The notes under the pieces: generated by a model
What the model was told of the DNA's origin: nothing
Seen by the model: the letters and a program-made list of their open reading frames with translations, nothing else
The model's database searches: none
Made by a program: the position numbers and the translations under genes
Assembly: GCF_000150275.1 (NCBI RefSeq)
Contig: NW_002060972.1
Coordinates: 438,500 to 502,499 of the forward strand
Origin: Trichoplax adhaerens
Taxonomy: Eukaryota > Animalia > Placozoa
Direction of reading: 5' to 3'
DNA: 64,000 nucleotides
In this document: positions 1 to 14,170 of the stretch, in pieces
Layout: every line of letters begins with the position of its first letter
Position numbering within the stretch: position 1 is the first letter of the stretch

Positions 1-2744
1 AATTATCATATTTTATAGCTCTTCGTTCATAAACTCACTTTATTATGAGGTAGCTACTATCTGAATACGCTTAACTATAAGGCGCATCGACTATTAAAAC
101 ACATGAAACGGCAAAGTATCAGTGTGATACAGGGTAAAGGTGATCGTATGTAAACAGAAATTAAATCTAGTACAGACATACTGAGATATTTTACGTATGA
201 TTTATGACAGACAACGTACGTATGCTTATGAACTCGCAATAGAAAGCATCCGGTGATCAAAGCGGATAAACTACGCATATTTTGTTCCGATAGTGATAGA
301 ATATCCTATCCTCGAGACATAATATTTTAAAAATGAGAAATCGATTTGCAATTTTTCTTCACTAAATGGAGAAAAATTAGCAATCTTCGATAGAGTTCGA
401 TGCTATATTGCCAATCAAAGAGATAAATTTGCCGACTATAATTTAGTTAAGGCAAGTAAATAAATTTTAGTTATTACTAATTAATACCGAAATATAAGGT
501 CATCAGAATACTAGAATGACAATCAGCTGAATATAATTACCAATTTCTGGTTGAAATTATATTTTTAAAGAAATAAAATACAAGGCTTAAGAAATACTAA
601 AGCGATAATGACAATGCAATTAATTTTTCAACTACATAAATGGACTATCATAGATTCCAGGAAGCAGCGCTATTAATTTTTAAATTCATTCTTACTATTG
701 CTGTACTTTTTACAATGCATAGGTACGAGTATTTTATTGCATTGGATGGTATTTCTTTTTGAATTGGAAAGTAATCATAAAAATTATTATTCCCATTTCT
801 AAACATTTATAGGATTTATAAAAAATCTTTGCTGATTGTGGCCATGGAGATAGCCGAAATCGCGTGAATGCTGTAGGAAAAGTTAGTTATGGTATTACTC
901 CTTAAGTAATGGCATAATCCGTACAGTATACATATCATTGATAATTTAAAAATAGAATCAGGTAAATTTATTGCCGGTACTGGTCAATTTGATCTATTTT
1001 TATCGTTTCAACTATTATTGCAATGACAAATTAATTTCATTACATGCGTAGAAATCTCCTCTGTCTAACATTAACAATAAAACTACTATCCAATAACGTA
1101 GCCAAGATTAATATGCTGAATATCATAAGAATTTTTGTACGATATAAACAATAGAATAGAAGGTTGATAACTTAACAAGACAGATGCCAAACTTTGTTCA
1201 ATCGAATAAATTGATGGAAACTTTTTCTTTACCATGACAATTGAAACATAGCAAAGAAGATATTAAATTATTATGATATTAAATCTACCAGATCTAATTG
1301 TAGATTTGCATGAGTAGATCACTTCATATCTAAGTATGTTTGTTATATTTCCTATATAAATAGAACAGCACGCAGTAAGTCTTAAGTTCGTTTAAGACTC
1401 AACCATTACAGTATTGCATGTCTACATCATTAGATATTTGCCCTCAGTTAATAAAGGCGATGTGGACTATATTAATATTGTGATTATATTTTAAGATTGC
1501 GATATATATGTGTCATAACTACTACATAGAAAAATTGATTTAATCCCATATTACTATGGAAATGCAGTTTGGGGTTGAAATAGATAATCAAATCAATAAT
1601 CAGTGACTATTAAACTGGTACTATCAATTGTAGATGTTATAAAATGCTAGAATATAGCCCCATAAAAATTGATAAGGGTGATTTTTAGCTTTACTTTGCC
1701 TTCGGAATAAATTAAACAATTGAAGACCGACAGAAATATTAATGGAAAGTATCATCATTATTTCATGATCGCTAAGGTATAAGTAAATGCCTGAAAACAG
1801 AAGCAAGATGATGGAGCTTAGGATAAGGAATATTTCTATTCTTTACTTAACTATGACTATAATAAAGGTTCAATAAAAATCAGGGGCGTTAAAATTAAAT
1901 GACTAATATATTTATATTGGTAATATCATTCCAATTCAGTAGAATATAAACTACGAACGAGTTGCATATAATTATACTTAATGCTACTGGCTTTTCATTC
2001 CCTTCATGTATAATCATAAAATGGAACGAGGTATTGAAGTAGATAGCTTCCATGTAAACAGACATTATCTTTATGTTTAATAATAACTACCATTGGATAA
2101 AGATAAGAAATATGTATATTTAGATAAGAGCAGAAAAGTAAATCTTAACTTGATTAACAAAATGTATTAGACAATAATATTAATAAAACTAATTTCACTG
2201 ATTTCTCTATTGAAAAACGGGAAGCGTATGTTGCAGTCATTGTAGTTACAACTTCAATATAATGAAGATGCATTAGTTATGTTTTTTGACTAAATTAGTG
2301 GATGGATTATGAATCATGTTGAACATGACATATTACTAACATTAGTATAAACTAAATATTACTTTTGAAACGATTCCATCCTTAAAAAAATAACCATTGT
2401 GCCGTAATTATAATGCAAATTGGAGGAAGAAAGAAAATGAAGAACAAGTAAAGTAATACAGACCATGAGTCAAAAACTAAAAATAGAATATACATGTATA
2501 TTTATATACAGGCAAGAGGGATACTTAGATCTTTGAATAATTTCTAGTTAATACGTGCTTTTCATCGATGACACACATCAAATACATTCGATACAAGACC
2601 ATTTTACTAATGTTACGTTGATCACGTTGTTCACTTGCACATTATTCTTAAATACGGAACGTGATTAATCACAATCACATAGTAAAAAACTACTATAAGT
2701 TTAAGTTAGCTATGATATATGATGGTTGGTGATGCATGATTTTT

Positions 2745-4064
2745 TTAAACATACGCTGCTGTGGGCGATAAAGCCAACCCGCGAAGGTCTATTTCACTAG
2801 GCGATAAATACACAGCTTCAGTAGACGGTGTAAGGAATGATGATAGACGAGGATGATGATGATAACCGTTATGAATTGTTGATGGTTTATGGCGGTTGAG
2901 AGATTTTTTGCTTGAAAAGCGCGAGAAAGATTTACTCTTACTGCTGGATCGAAAAGCTATGATAGAATGATTTGTTGATTTCTGCATAATTGATGAATTA
3001 GCTTTTTCAGAGGGTAATAAAGGCCAATGTAAGATCTTATATAACCTTGCTTTAAATTGCTTATTCAACATAGCATAAATGATTGGATTAATTGCAGCGT
3101 TGGCGTAAGCTATATAACGAACAACGATAGCCATAATTTTAATATCAGCTATGGGTAAAGTGACTAACTGGCATGCAAATAATACCCGTGTCACTTCTTT
3201 GGGCGTCAAACATAGGATATAAATGATGACAATTGTAATAACCATAACCAGAACATGATGTTTAGTTTTATCTAAACGTTGATTATGAGTTGCTCCTCCA
3301 ACGATGGAACCTGATCGCCGGACTATCATGGTTATCTGGACATTAGTGAAAATCATCACTATTAACGGTATGATAAAACCAATGAAGGTAATGCAAATCA
3401 TATAGATCATATAATTACGACTACTTCCAAATCGATCAAGATCAGGCCATCGACGTGTGCAAAGAGTCATGGTGCTAGAGAAACTTTTAACTTCCAAAAA
3501 AATAAATTCAGGTATAACTAGAATGAAAGCACATAACCATAAGATAATTATAATAAAGGCCGTCCAAAAATCATTTAAGCGCCGTTTTAATGGGTGTTTG
3601 ACGGCCATATAGCGATCCAAACTAATGGCCACTAATATAAAACTCATAATGTAGACACTAGCTGCTGCAACACTTTGCGATAACTTACACATGGTCTGGC
3701 CCATAGTGTAATGTAAATTATCTTGCATAATCTCTGTAATTATAACGATTGGTATATTGAAGCATAGTATAATTAGATCGACTAACATTAAATTCATTAA
3801 GTAATAATTGGTTGGATTTTTTAAAGATGGCGTTGCCAGATAGATTATTAAAACCAAACTATTAGCAATTAATCCAACAACAAATAAAATACAACATAGC
3901 ACCAACTGGATGATATGAGCTATAGATAAATTATAGTAGAATGGATGTAAGGATGGGATTATGGTCGTTGGTAAGTTAGTTGAGTTATAACCACTGGTGT
4001 GATTAATGGCTACTTCGGTTGTAATATTTAGTATGATTGAATCGCTGCTTGTCATTAGATCCAT
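2745..4064 (-). CDS. Class A (rhodopsin-like) GPCR, peptide-receptor type, 439 aa, single coding exon (GPCR-A)
   Basis: Seven hydrophobic segments. TM2 NLMLVDL, Cys in MCK before TM3, SLDRY, TM4 Trp, ECL2 Cys (LCTRRWP), TM5 Pro, TM6 CLTP, TM7 NPIIY, helix 8 NKQFK. N-terminal N-glycosylation sequons (NIT, NHT, NST) and a Ser-rich C-tail. Confidence 0.95.
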   Translation of the reverse strand: MDLMTSSDSIILNITTEVAINHTSGYNSTNLPTTIIPSLHPFYYNLSIAHIIQLVLCCILFVVGLIANSLVLIIYLATPSLKNPTNYYLMNLMLVDLIILCFNIPIVIITEIMQDNLHYTMGQTMCKLSQSVAAASVYIMSFILVAISLDRYMAVKHPLKRRLNDFWTAFIIIILWLCAFILVIPEFIFLEVKSFSSTMTLCTRRWPDLDRFGSSRNYMIYMICITFIGFIIPLIVMIFTNVQITMIVRRSGSIVGGATHNQRLDKTKHHVLVMVITIVIIYILCLTPKEVTRVLFACQLVTLPIADIKIMAIVVRYIAYANAAINPIIYAMLNKQFKARLYKILHWPLLPSEKANSSIMQKSTNHSIIAFRSSSKSKSFSRFSSKKSLNRHKPSTIHNGYHHHPRLSSFLTPSTEAVYLSPSEIDLRGLALSPTAAYV

Positions 4065-4066
4065 CT

Positions 4067-4082
4067 CTAGAGGAAATAGAAT
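4067..4082 (-). promoter_or_regulatory. Probable splice acceptor of a 5'UTR intron just upstream of the GPCR-A ATG
   Basis: Minus strand reads ttctatttcctctag|agATG: a polypyrimidine tract plus TAG two bases before the start codon. Confidence 0.5.
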
Positions 4083-6919
4083 GACTTGATTGCAATAAAT
4101 ATCACAATAAAAAAAAATTAATCGATTATAGTACTGCTTTTAAGTAGTTATTTCTTGGCTGTCAATGTAATTAGTCAGATCAATGTTAGTGCCGGGTAAA
4201 TATGTGTATAAAAATGCTGAAATACAGTAGATTAGGTGATATAATATTTTAATAATAGTACTGTAGAAAATGATCTATTTTTAACGCTAATTCGATTTAG
4301 TTTTGTACTTTTAATTTTAATTAACGCTAAATAATATTAATAGCCAAAGATTATTGAAGGGAATGAATTGGTAAGGTAGAATAAATGACGCTGGACGTAA
4401 ATTTTCAACGCAGAACTTAATTAGTTAAAGAAAATAGATATGATGGCAATGAGATCTTTGTGCCTCCTGTTGATGTCTTGGATAAGATTTATCTGGCTTG
4501 TGTGTGTTATTAAATTTCTAGACCAAAACCTTGAAATATGTGACTTGGTTAGTTACCATAAAAATTTCCAAGTTTTAATATTATTATTTTGTTGTTGTTG
4601 TTGTTCTTCTCGCCTTCGATGTTATTCTCGATTCACGAGATCAATGAAACTGGAAAGATAAATTTTATGACAGGCTTAGTTTTACCTGTAAAGAAGAAAT
4701 TATCATGCTGTCCATTAGTACAATTTAACAATAATATATGAATAATGTCCCTGTGTAACACTTATCATCAACCATTTTTAAGTTACCTCTTACTAATTGG
4801 ATCGAACTTTCAGACTTGGTCGATATGATTAACAAGCAGATACTGACTTCATAGAATATTTTTCTTCTCTTTTCAATCTTAACTTAACCTCTCTTATAGA
4901 GTATACCTTTCCTAAAATGATAATTAATTGATAAGATGACAGTTACGATATCAACCTGAGTGAGTGAGAAGAAAACCAGCATACGTTCAATTTACAAGAG
5001 ACAAATAATAGTGATTGAGAGTAAAAAATGACTTGATAGATGGATGAATGAGTAATTTGTAACCTGGATCAATACTAAAAAATAGAATGAATTCAACTGA
5101 GTATTAGATTGAGAGAATTGAATAGTAGTTAGAATTAAAATCAGACGTCAATTTGACGTGGGCTGATCCACGTTAGTTTTACTCCTTTGGTCTATTTTTC
5201 AGACTCTTTTGCACTCGCTACCTTCATGATAATGAAGAATAAAGTGAACATAGAAGAAAAAAACCAATTTATTCATAGACAATAACCTTTACTATTCTTT
5301 AAATCATGACTGGTAAACAGAATTATCTTTCAATCGCATATGAATAGAACAATGCTAGTTAGGGTTATACTATTGATGTGCTCTAACAATGTGTTGGTCT
5401 AGCATTGTGTCGAGGATAAGATAAACTAGAATGATGATGAGGTTATATATTAATGCTCAAATGCGAGGTAATCTTAATTTAACCATCTTTTGAATATTGA
5501 AGCTTCGATGATGATTAGCTAAGGGTGATGAAGGATGATATGATAGCTAATATATTAATCGAGGACAATAGTATTCCAATGATATGAAAATAGAAACTTA
5601 TTTCGCTCTGAGTTATCGATTTAATAAAGTCATGATTACCTAAGTCAATAAGACGCAAGGAATTGAATAGATTATGAATAGGTTATAAGATGATCAGACA
5701 TCTGCATAGATATTAATTTGCTCCTATTGTATTAACTGTTCATAGTTTTAGATAAAGTGATGATTAAATCAAATATTAAAATGATAGGATATATAAATTT
5801 AGACTTTCAAACTTGTTTATCCATAGCAACCTGATTAAAGCTAACCACAGCAGGTGTTGTTCAATATTAATGGTATAGATCTTATTAGTAGTAAATTGAT
5901 TCAATATTGTTATCAAATCAAATCCATGTTAATATTAACTCACTTTCTTAACAGAAAATCAAAGCAGTGATCTTATGTTTGGAAAAGAATAGGTGGTAAT
6001 TAAGAAAGAAAAAATTATTGGTTCTGTTTTGATTATTACTCACGTTGAAACGATTACTCTATCATTATGTCAATAATGAATACTTAACTTTATGCTTCAC
6101 TATGGTAACTACTGGTGTAGGATATATCGCAAAATTAATTATTAAAATCTTTAAATTCTATTCTATTTGGTCGACTATTTAGCCATAATTAAAACTAGAG
6201 AGTAGAATAAATTATTGAGTACTGTCACAAACCAATTTCGTGACAAGGATAACGTAAAATAAATCTCTAAATTACTATAGTCTCCGGGATTCAGTATCCC
6301 TTGACTACCTCACAAGAATTTAGACGCCTTTGATTCTATGTTAAACTCAACTAGACAATTGAGAACTGCTTTATTCAACTATCTGACGGGCTTATATACC
6401 CTTCTACAGCAGCTAACATTCACAAGTCATCTTATAAAAATACTTAGGTGAGAACATCTACTAACTAATTTTTCACAGTCGGACTACAATACGTCCATTC
6501 ACAGAATCATTTCAGTGCACATTACAGCACAGCATTAAATTTACTATAACACATTTATAATTAGAGTAATTCCTACTGTAAGTAACTAGTTGTAATATAT
6601 TATCACTATATTATATTAACCAAATTTAGATGGCTATTTCTTCACGTTAGTTCGTACCGTGACAAGTAGAAACTACTATGACTTAAAAAATATCAAATTT
6701 GCACATATAACTTTAAAGAATATCTCTATATCATATTTTAAGCGTAGATAAAAAAGAGGTAATAATAACCTATAGGAAGCTTTGGTATTTGCAAAATATG
6801 TGAGATATTTTAATGCAATTGCATAACTAAGCATTACTTCTATAATGCAGAAATTTAAAATTAAATCAATATTTAATATAGGTAGAATCATTTTCAAAAG
6901 CTTGTATGCAACGCAGATG

Positions 6920-6944
6920 TATATATATATATATATATATATAT
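6920..6944. repeat. (TA)n microsatellite, about 12 units
   Basis: Perfect TA run seen directly. Confidence 0.95.
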
Positions 6945-9900
6945 TATACACTCTTATCTAACATCGGAGCTTAGAAGCAAACCATGTCCTGTATTGTAAT
7001 GTGGAAGACTAGTGATGTTGAGATACGATATGAAACATTACCGTAGAATTTTATTGTGATACAATATAATAGCCTAATTAGGGATAAATCATAAATTGTA
7101 TAACATTTTAAATCAAGTCAATACGCTCACAATGTAATAGTGATCGATCTAATGAGTACGAAATAAGAATTATAAGCTGCTAATATATATATTATCAGTC
7201 ACGAAAGGGAATAAGGGTTTATCAATATCTTATAACCAGATAGTATAGAGGCCATTCAGATTAACCGGTAACGGAATAGATATGGGAACGTTAGCTTGTG
7301 GCTTATTTATGAAATGTTTAAAATATAATTTCATTGCATACAATCGAAAATAGTAGAATTAAAGCTACTTTAAAATCAATTAAATTAAATTTCGATCATT
7401 AAATTGCCTTACTTTAAATAGACTATATTGCATAATAATAAATTTATATTTTGTAATAATACTTTAAGTTAGATCTTTGATATGGCAGATTACTAATATT
7501 AATTTTAATAAATGCAGAGAAATAGAAAAAAACCGTAATGTAACTGATTAAATTCCAGAAATAGAAATTATAGCCTTGCTTCCATCATTCTGATGATGCG
7601 CATGATCTTATGCAATAAAAAGCTTGCTTGAGCAAATTAAGTCATTTCACGAATGGCGCCCTTCGCCTAAAATGGCAGTTTATGGCAATTACTACATATT
7701 CAACTAGATTTGCTCTTAATTCTAAGCAATGGTCATGCCATTTCTCTGATACTAAAATTACCGATCTTATTATATATCCAAGAAATCTCATTTTGCTAAA
7801 TTTATCTAAGACGGTCTAATTGAATGATTTTATCGTTGTCATTAATTGTAACTATTTTGGCCTTAGTCTTAGCACCAGTGGCAATGCTACTAGTATAACT
7901 CATACTACTAATTTAACACGATGACTATTGTTGGGATATACCATACTGTTAAATATGCGTAAATGATCATACTACATTCAGTATAGCCTAACTATTTTTA
8001 CGTCTTGTTGTTTTTAAAAATACAATCATTTGTTATTCTTGACTATGATTCAACTGCTCTTAATTGTTACTCGGGTCAATAAGCTTTCTCTTCGTAAAAC
8101 AATAATTTTATTGTAAAATATCTTAATTGTAATCATCTTTATCAATAACAAATACTGTAGCTATTGAACAGCCTATACGGATCGTAGTAAATGTTGTTGC
8201 CTCTGTTAATAGCAATGGAAGTGCCTTAAGCTAAAGTAAATCTCCTACTTCTTTCCCTAATTTTGATTGCTATAGAAATTGTTAATAGGAAAATCAAGAA
8301 TGAAATTATTAAGATAGTTAATTATTTATAAAAGACAACCGCCAAGCAATATTTGCTCATATTACATCCTAAGATACAACGAAGACAATGAAAGGATGGA
8401 TGCCTTATTTTTATACTAATGGTTAGTAATTTCACATTTTGAAGTACTTTCTAAATTTATTTTTGATGCATCATTGCTCTAATTATTCGTAAAGAAGTTG
8501 ATATAAAGTGTGTCGATTTAATCTGACTATTTATTATTAATGCAAATCTTATGATCTAGTTATAGTTAATGCTGACTTAAATGTATTGATATTACCATGA
8601 GGCAATAAATGGCAAATAAACGCCAAACTTTTCATTTTCTTCTTACCAGGCAGAATTATATTATAAATAATCACTAATGTAACTAGATAAAAATATGATG
8701 TATAATTTAAGTTGCGCATAGTTTCAATTTCTGAAGAAAACTGCTATCCATCCATCACTTAATTTTTTTTATCCTATTTAAGCTGGATACGTAGTAAATT
8801 ATATCATATGTTTTTTTAAATGTCAGCCATTCGATTGGGAATAACTTAATGATTCAAATAACGGTATGATATAGATGTGGTCGTATAGCTGATTACAGAA
8901 AACTGTCATTATAGCTCTGACGGGTTTTTAAATGGATGATAACGAGTTGATATGATCATTGGTCTATTATTCTTGAACTATAATTGTGTAATGTTGCCAA
9001 CAATAATTTTGTTGCAGCTCTTCTGACATCAATAGGGGATAGTTTTGATAGAGGGTAATGATTGCTAAAGGACATCTACTACAATAGTTACGTACAACAT
9101 TATTATTTTTTCCAACAATTCGTTTTATTTTATTTGAAGAGCTCCCTTGGACTAACTATGACTTAATTTTAGCTTATACCGGTATTTTACGTTTATGAAG
9201 AAGAAATAATAATAATATTACGATACTATTTAACTGCCATAGCTAGGATATCAGCTAGTATTATTCAATCAAAAGTATTTGCCTAGATTGATATTAGAAA
9301 GTCATCGGATAGCATCCATTTATCTCAAACTATCGCGAATCTTCTATTGTTCTTAAAGGATTATCAAGTTGTCATTTTCTTCGAGAGAAATAATTCGGAA
9401 ATATTTAACAGTAATTATTGAAAATCGTTAAAAAATGGGAGTAGGCTATAGTGAAATGGTCGTTCTTGCTTTCGCAGTTATTAAGAGATCATCAAGTTAT
9501 TGAAGCTGATGAGATTAGTAAAGATCATTTTATAGCTGTAACTCAAATCACTATTGATAACGGAATGGTTACCGAATATTTTGTCAGTATTATTAATGAT
9601 AATAACCGTAGAAATAAGTCATTTGATAAAATTAAAAAGCCTTAATACAGAGTATTAGTTTAAATTGGTCTAAAGATGAAGATGAATAGTACCTAATTAA
9701 TGGTTACAGTTTCTTCCTTTTTATTTGTATTAGTCTGAGATTACACTGGAAATTATTTGCTCTTCCGCACGACAGAAGATGTAAGCATAATTTATCACTT
9801 ATATTATTAATTGAGAACTTTCAGGGTTATTGCCGTTGATGCACTTTTAAGTAACTAATGATTGCTTAATAATTAGTTCTATTAAGCTCCATCGCTTATT

Positions 9901-12170
9901 GATACTAAAAATATTCTCATCAATTTACTAGTTGTACTGGAGATGACTATTTTTATTTGACAATAACTCTTTTACAGTATGAAGCACTTGAAAAGAATGA
10001 CATTTCTTTACAAATTCGAATGAAGAAGTTTGCATATTTGATTTACAATTTGTTATTATCATGCTATGCATTTGTTTATCAACTTCTTCATTGAGTTATC
10101 AATATCCTTATTTGTCAAGAGGACTATAGTTAAGAACGACAATTTTGTTACTTTCAAGCTCTACATGATTGAAAGATATGACGCATATTTTTAAGCTTAT
10201 TGACTCGTAATTGAAGTACAAGTGTATTATTTCATTATTTGGTTGTTTACTCTCTTGAGGGCAAGCATAATTATTGCACTAAAATTGTAGCTAACATCCT
10301 TGGACTTACCCGTATCATGACAGAGTTCATTATCATAAAATGAACGAATTGAAGAGAAAAACAAACATGTCATAGAATTTATTTGCTTTTGTTTAGTGTT
10401 GATACGGCAAAAATACACGTTATGTATAATATGAAAACAATGAATTTGATATTATATTAAATTAGTAGCATATTGAATGAAATGATGACAGTTATTTGGC
10501 AATGTTAATATTGATAGAAGCAGCGCTGAGATGTTAGATGATAATTTTCAGTTTAGTCGATGTGATAAGAATCGGATAGAAACAGAAGGAAGTTGTTGCA
10601 CAAAGTCTCTAATGATTTCGAGGAATGATGGCCACTGGATGATAACATAGGCGTAATGAGCATGTACATGTTTATTATTGTCAGTAAATAATCCATAAGA
10701 CATTGTCAATACTGCAATAGGAAATGATAGATTATTTCTATGAATTTTTATCAAGTATCGGTATTATGAGAGGGTGTAGGGTGATTCTATTTCTCTATTT
10801 TCTTAGTTTTATCGAAAACAGATGATATTGAATAAATGGTTACTAGTGAGTTATAGGTTAAAAATATTGAGCTGATTGTGAGGTATCAGAAGTGATCAAT
10901 ATCAATCTCGGATGTAACAGGTTATCACTTTTGTGTTAGATTTTACCATTATATAAATATATACCTGTATTTTAAAGTTGAAAAGCACTGCGTTCTAAGT
11001 ATACACGAAAAAATATAATCCTTCTCAAAATATTCGAAATTTACTAAGATTTGATTTAGCTAAGATTGATGAACGGTTGCTACAATTTGTCATTTGTAAC
11101 AAGGAAATAAATACTATGAAAAAGCATCAGCAGACACTAAGGCATCATTGAAGAAATATCCACTCCTACACCTAAAAATTTATTTTTCCCTTCCGTGTTG
11201 CAATCCAATTTAGGGTAGATCATAGCAATTGCTATTTATACAAATGATATACATGCAAGTATATCTGTAACAATGTACACGCCCACGATAATCTAGCGTT
11301 TATTTTATAATAGATGAGGTCAAATAGTGTACATTATTTCGCCATTGGATTGCTTTTTTTCAACAGACGTTCTGTACTATTGTCAATAGCGATTACAACA
11401 GGAACATTGACATTACAAGCTTAAAACTCCTTCTACAGCATGTTGCTTTAGCCATATCATGACATAGATCAGAATTTGACAAATTTAAAAAAAATTCGCC
11501 AATTGTTTGAAATCCGTATCGATTTCTGCCAGCATCGTGACAGAATCATTACCCAAAACTATTCTGAGTCGCAATTTGCCAAGAAGAAATCGGAACCTGT
11601 CCATCCAATTAATTGCACTGTTTTTCTTTTAGCTACTACTACCACCATTACAGTCACAATCTATCTTATATAGGCAACATTTATAAACCATTGATTTGAT
11701 TTGTTACGGCAGACTATTTATAACCTAATGTTCGTCATGGATGTAATTGTACGAGTTCTAAATCGACGGTATATTTATTCCTATCATCAACAAAATAAAT
11801 GACTTCTTCAATGCTGTAACCTGTATAGCGCAAACTAAGGTCGATAATCTGTGGAAGACTAGTCTTATAAAGTAAACTACCAGACTTCATTTCACTCTCT
11901 GCTTGTAAATAAAACGATGGTCAAAGTGTTTGTAGGTAAGCTCTAGTTCTAATTAATAAATTACATAGATTGCATCGATTTTAACATTAGTTAGACAGGC
12001 AGTGATTGACAAGTCCATCCAGGTGTAATATCGATTTGTTCTCACAGAGCGATAAATAACACAAAGTGTTTAAGAAAAATGATTGCAAAGTACATACAAG
12101 GCTTCCTTTGTTGGCAGCTACCATTTTGAGAAAACAATCACTATTCCTTAATTAGATTGATTAATTAGCT

Positions 12171-12357
12171 GGAGAACATCGCGCCACTGTTGTACCGATA
12201 CAGTACGGCCATTGAGTGCGGTAACGGTACGGTACAACTGGTACAGTACCGTTACGATCAATGATGCCCCACGGGATCTTGACGGTCTAGTTCGGACCGT
12301 TACGATCAATGATGTCCCACGAGATCTTGACGGTCTAGTTCGGACCCACCGTCAATG
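12171..12357. mobile_element. GC-richer, hairpin-rich ~187-bp insertion-like element with an internal 48-bp tandem duplication; possible non-autonomous element
   Basis: Flanked by direct repeats ATTAGCT (12164-12170 and 12358-12364). 48-bp units at 12248-12295 and 12296-12343 differ at 2 positions. Inverted repeats gtaacggtac/gtaccgttac (12221-12230 and 12246-12255) and ttgacggt/accgtcaa. Confidence 0.45.
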
Positions 12358-12379
12358 ATTAGCTTGTAAGAGTGGCTGT

Positions 12380-14170
12380 GATAGATTGAAGTATTTGCTA
12401 TTAGTAATTATTGATAATTTGAATTGGATATCTACTAAATTAGGAGTTAATAAGCAAAGCAGGATAGTGACAGTGATATATACAAGATTGATGTTTAACA
12501 ATGCATACGGCATACGATAATATAACAAAAATAGTTAATATTGACTAGTTCTTATTATTCGTAATTCAATTGCGATATCGGCTAAATTAGCAGTTAAGAC
12601 AGTCAAAGTGTCGCACAGTGATAAATATCACAAGTTAGTATTAGCTATAAATTAAAGTAATTGCTGTTGCTAATTAATGATAATTTGATTTGGATATCCA
12701 TTAAAGTAGGAGTTGATAAACGAAGTAGGATAACTGCAGTGCCGTGCAATGACATATCACTAGCATATTTGCACCTGTAATAATTAACTTTTAACAGCGC
12801 ATGCCATAAAATAAAGTAATTGCTATTTTTAATTATTTGTAATTCAATTTCGATATCAGCTAAATTAGCAATTTAATTAAGAAGGTATAACAGTCAAAAT
12901 GTCTGTCGCACGGTGATATACATCATAAGTTAGTATTTGCGATAAATTAAAATAGTTCCTGTTGCTATTTATTAGTGATTTGAATTGGATATCCACTAAA
13001 GTAGAAGTTAATAAATCAAGTAGAATAACTGCAGTGCCGTAAAGCGACTTATCACTAGCATATTTGCATCGATAATAAATAACTTTTAGCAGTGCAAACG
13101 ATAAATTAAAGAATTTACTATTTCTAATTCGTAATTTAAATTCGATAACAAATAAATTAGGAGTTAAGAAGAAATGTATGACAATCAAAGTGTCACACAT
13201 TAATATATATCACAAGTTATTGTTCAAGATAAATTGAAGTATTAAGCATTACCATTTTTATATCGAATTTGAATTTGATATTGCCTAATTAGGAGTCAAT
13301 AAGCAAAGTAGGATAACTGCAATGCTATACAGCGACAAATCACAATCATTTTTGGATATGTAATAGTTGACTTTCATAAGTTTTTAGAGTATACGTATAT
13401 CATGCATTGAAAAATATTTACTATTTCGAATTATTCGTAACTTAAATTCAATAGCGGCTGAATCAGGACTTAGTAATTAATTTATGACAGTCAAACTGCC
13501 ATACAGTAATACGCATCACAAGTTAGTACTTACGATGATATAAAGTATTTGCTATTTCTTGAATTGATCTGAATGTGATATCGACTAAAGTAGGCGTTAA
13601 TAAGCAAAGTATGACCGTCAATGTGCCTTAAGTGACACTAGTGCAAAATCCCGTCGCTTTGCTGACGGTTTACGATAATGTGCTCATTTAACAGATAGTA
13701 TTACCATTTGATAGACCTGTCAGAGGTTCAATAACTTTATACCGTGTATTATTCGTAATTTCCACTCGACATCGACTAAATTAGCAATTTAATACGTATG
13801 CTAGGATAGAAGCATAGTACGGTGACATATCCCAAGTTACATCAAATCTACATGCTCTTTAACTTTTAAGAATAAATACGGTAAATTATTAAAGTATTTG
13901 CTCGTTCTAATTATTTCGCAATTTGAATTGCACATCAACTAAATTGGAGTTAATAAGCAAAGTAGGTGTACTTTATTAAGTTGTACAGTTCTACACGCCA
14001 CACTATCACTGTATTCTCTGAAACATAAGTGGTGTAATTAGCTGAAATCATTAACATAAGACAGCCGATATGTAGCTTTGTGATATATCATGAGTTACAG
14101 CATATTTGCATCGACAACTAATAACTTTCAATAGCTGGATTGAGCTGATTACACTTAGTGCAAAACATTA
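12380..14170. repeat. Degenerate tandem array, about 6 units of ~270-350 bp, each a dimer of related ~160 and ~130 bp subunits
   Basis: Anchor GGAGTTAATAAGCAAAGTAGGATA variants at about 12443, 12709, 13004, 13292, 13593 and 13946. The half-unit start ATAAATTAAAG..TT(G/A)CTATT recurs at about 12647/12806 and 12942/13101. Confidence 0.85.

Noticed and set aside
4680-4702. Minus-strand ttcttctttacag|gtaaaa as a recursive splice site upstream of GPCR-A
   Set aside because: It is equally explained as an ordinary UTR-exon donor or acceptor; AG|GT junctions are common in this window and the intron would be short.
12248-12350. GTTCGGACC as a tRNA T-loop/B-box, or a hammerhead ribozyme in the 48-bp repeats
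   Set aside because: No cloverleaf or convincing A-box, and the hammerhead core (CUGANGA...GAAA) is absent on both strands.
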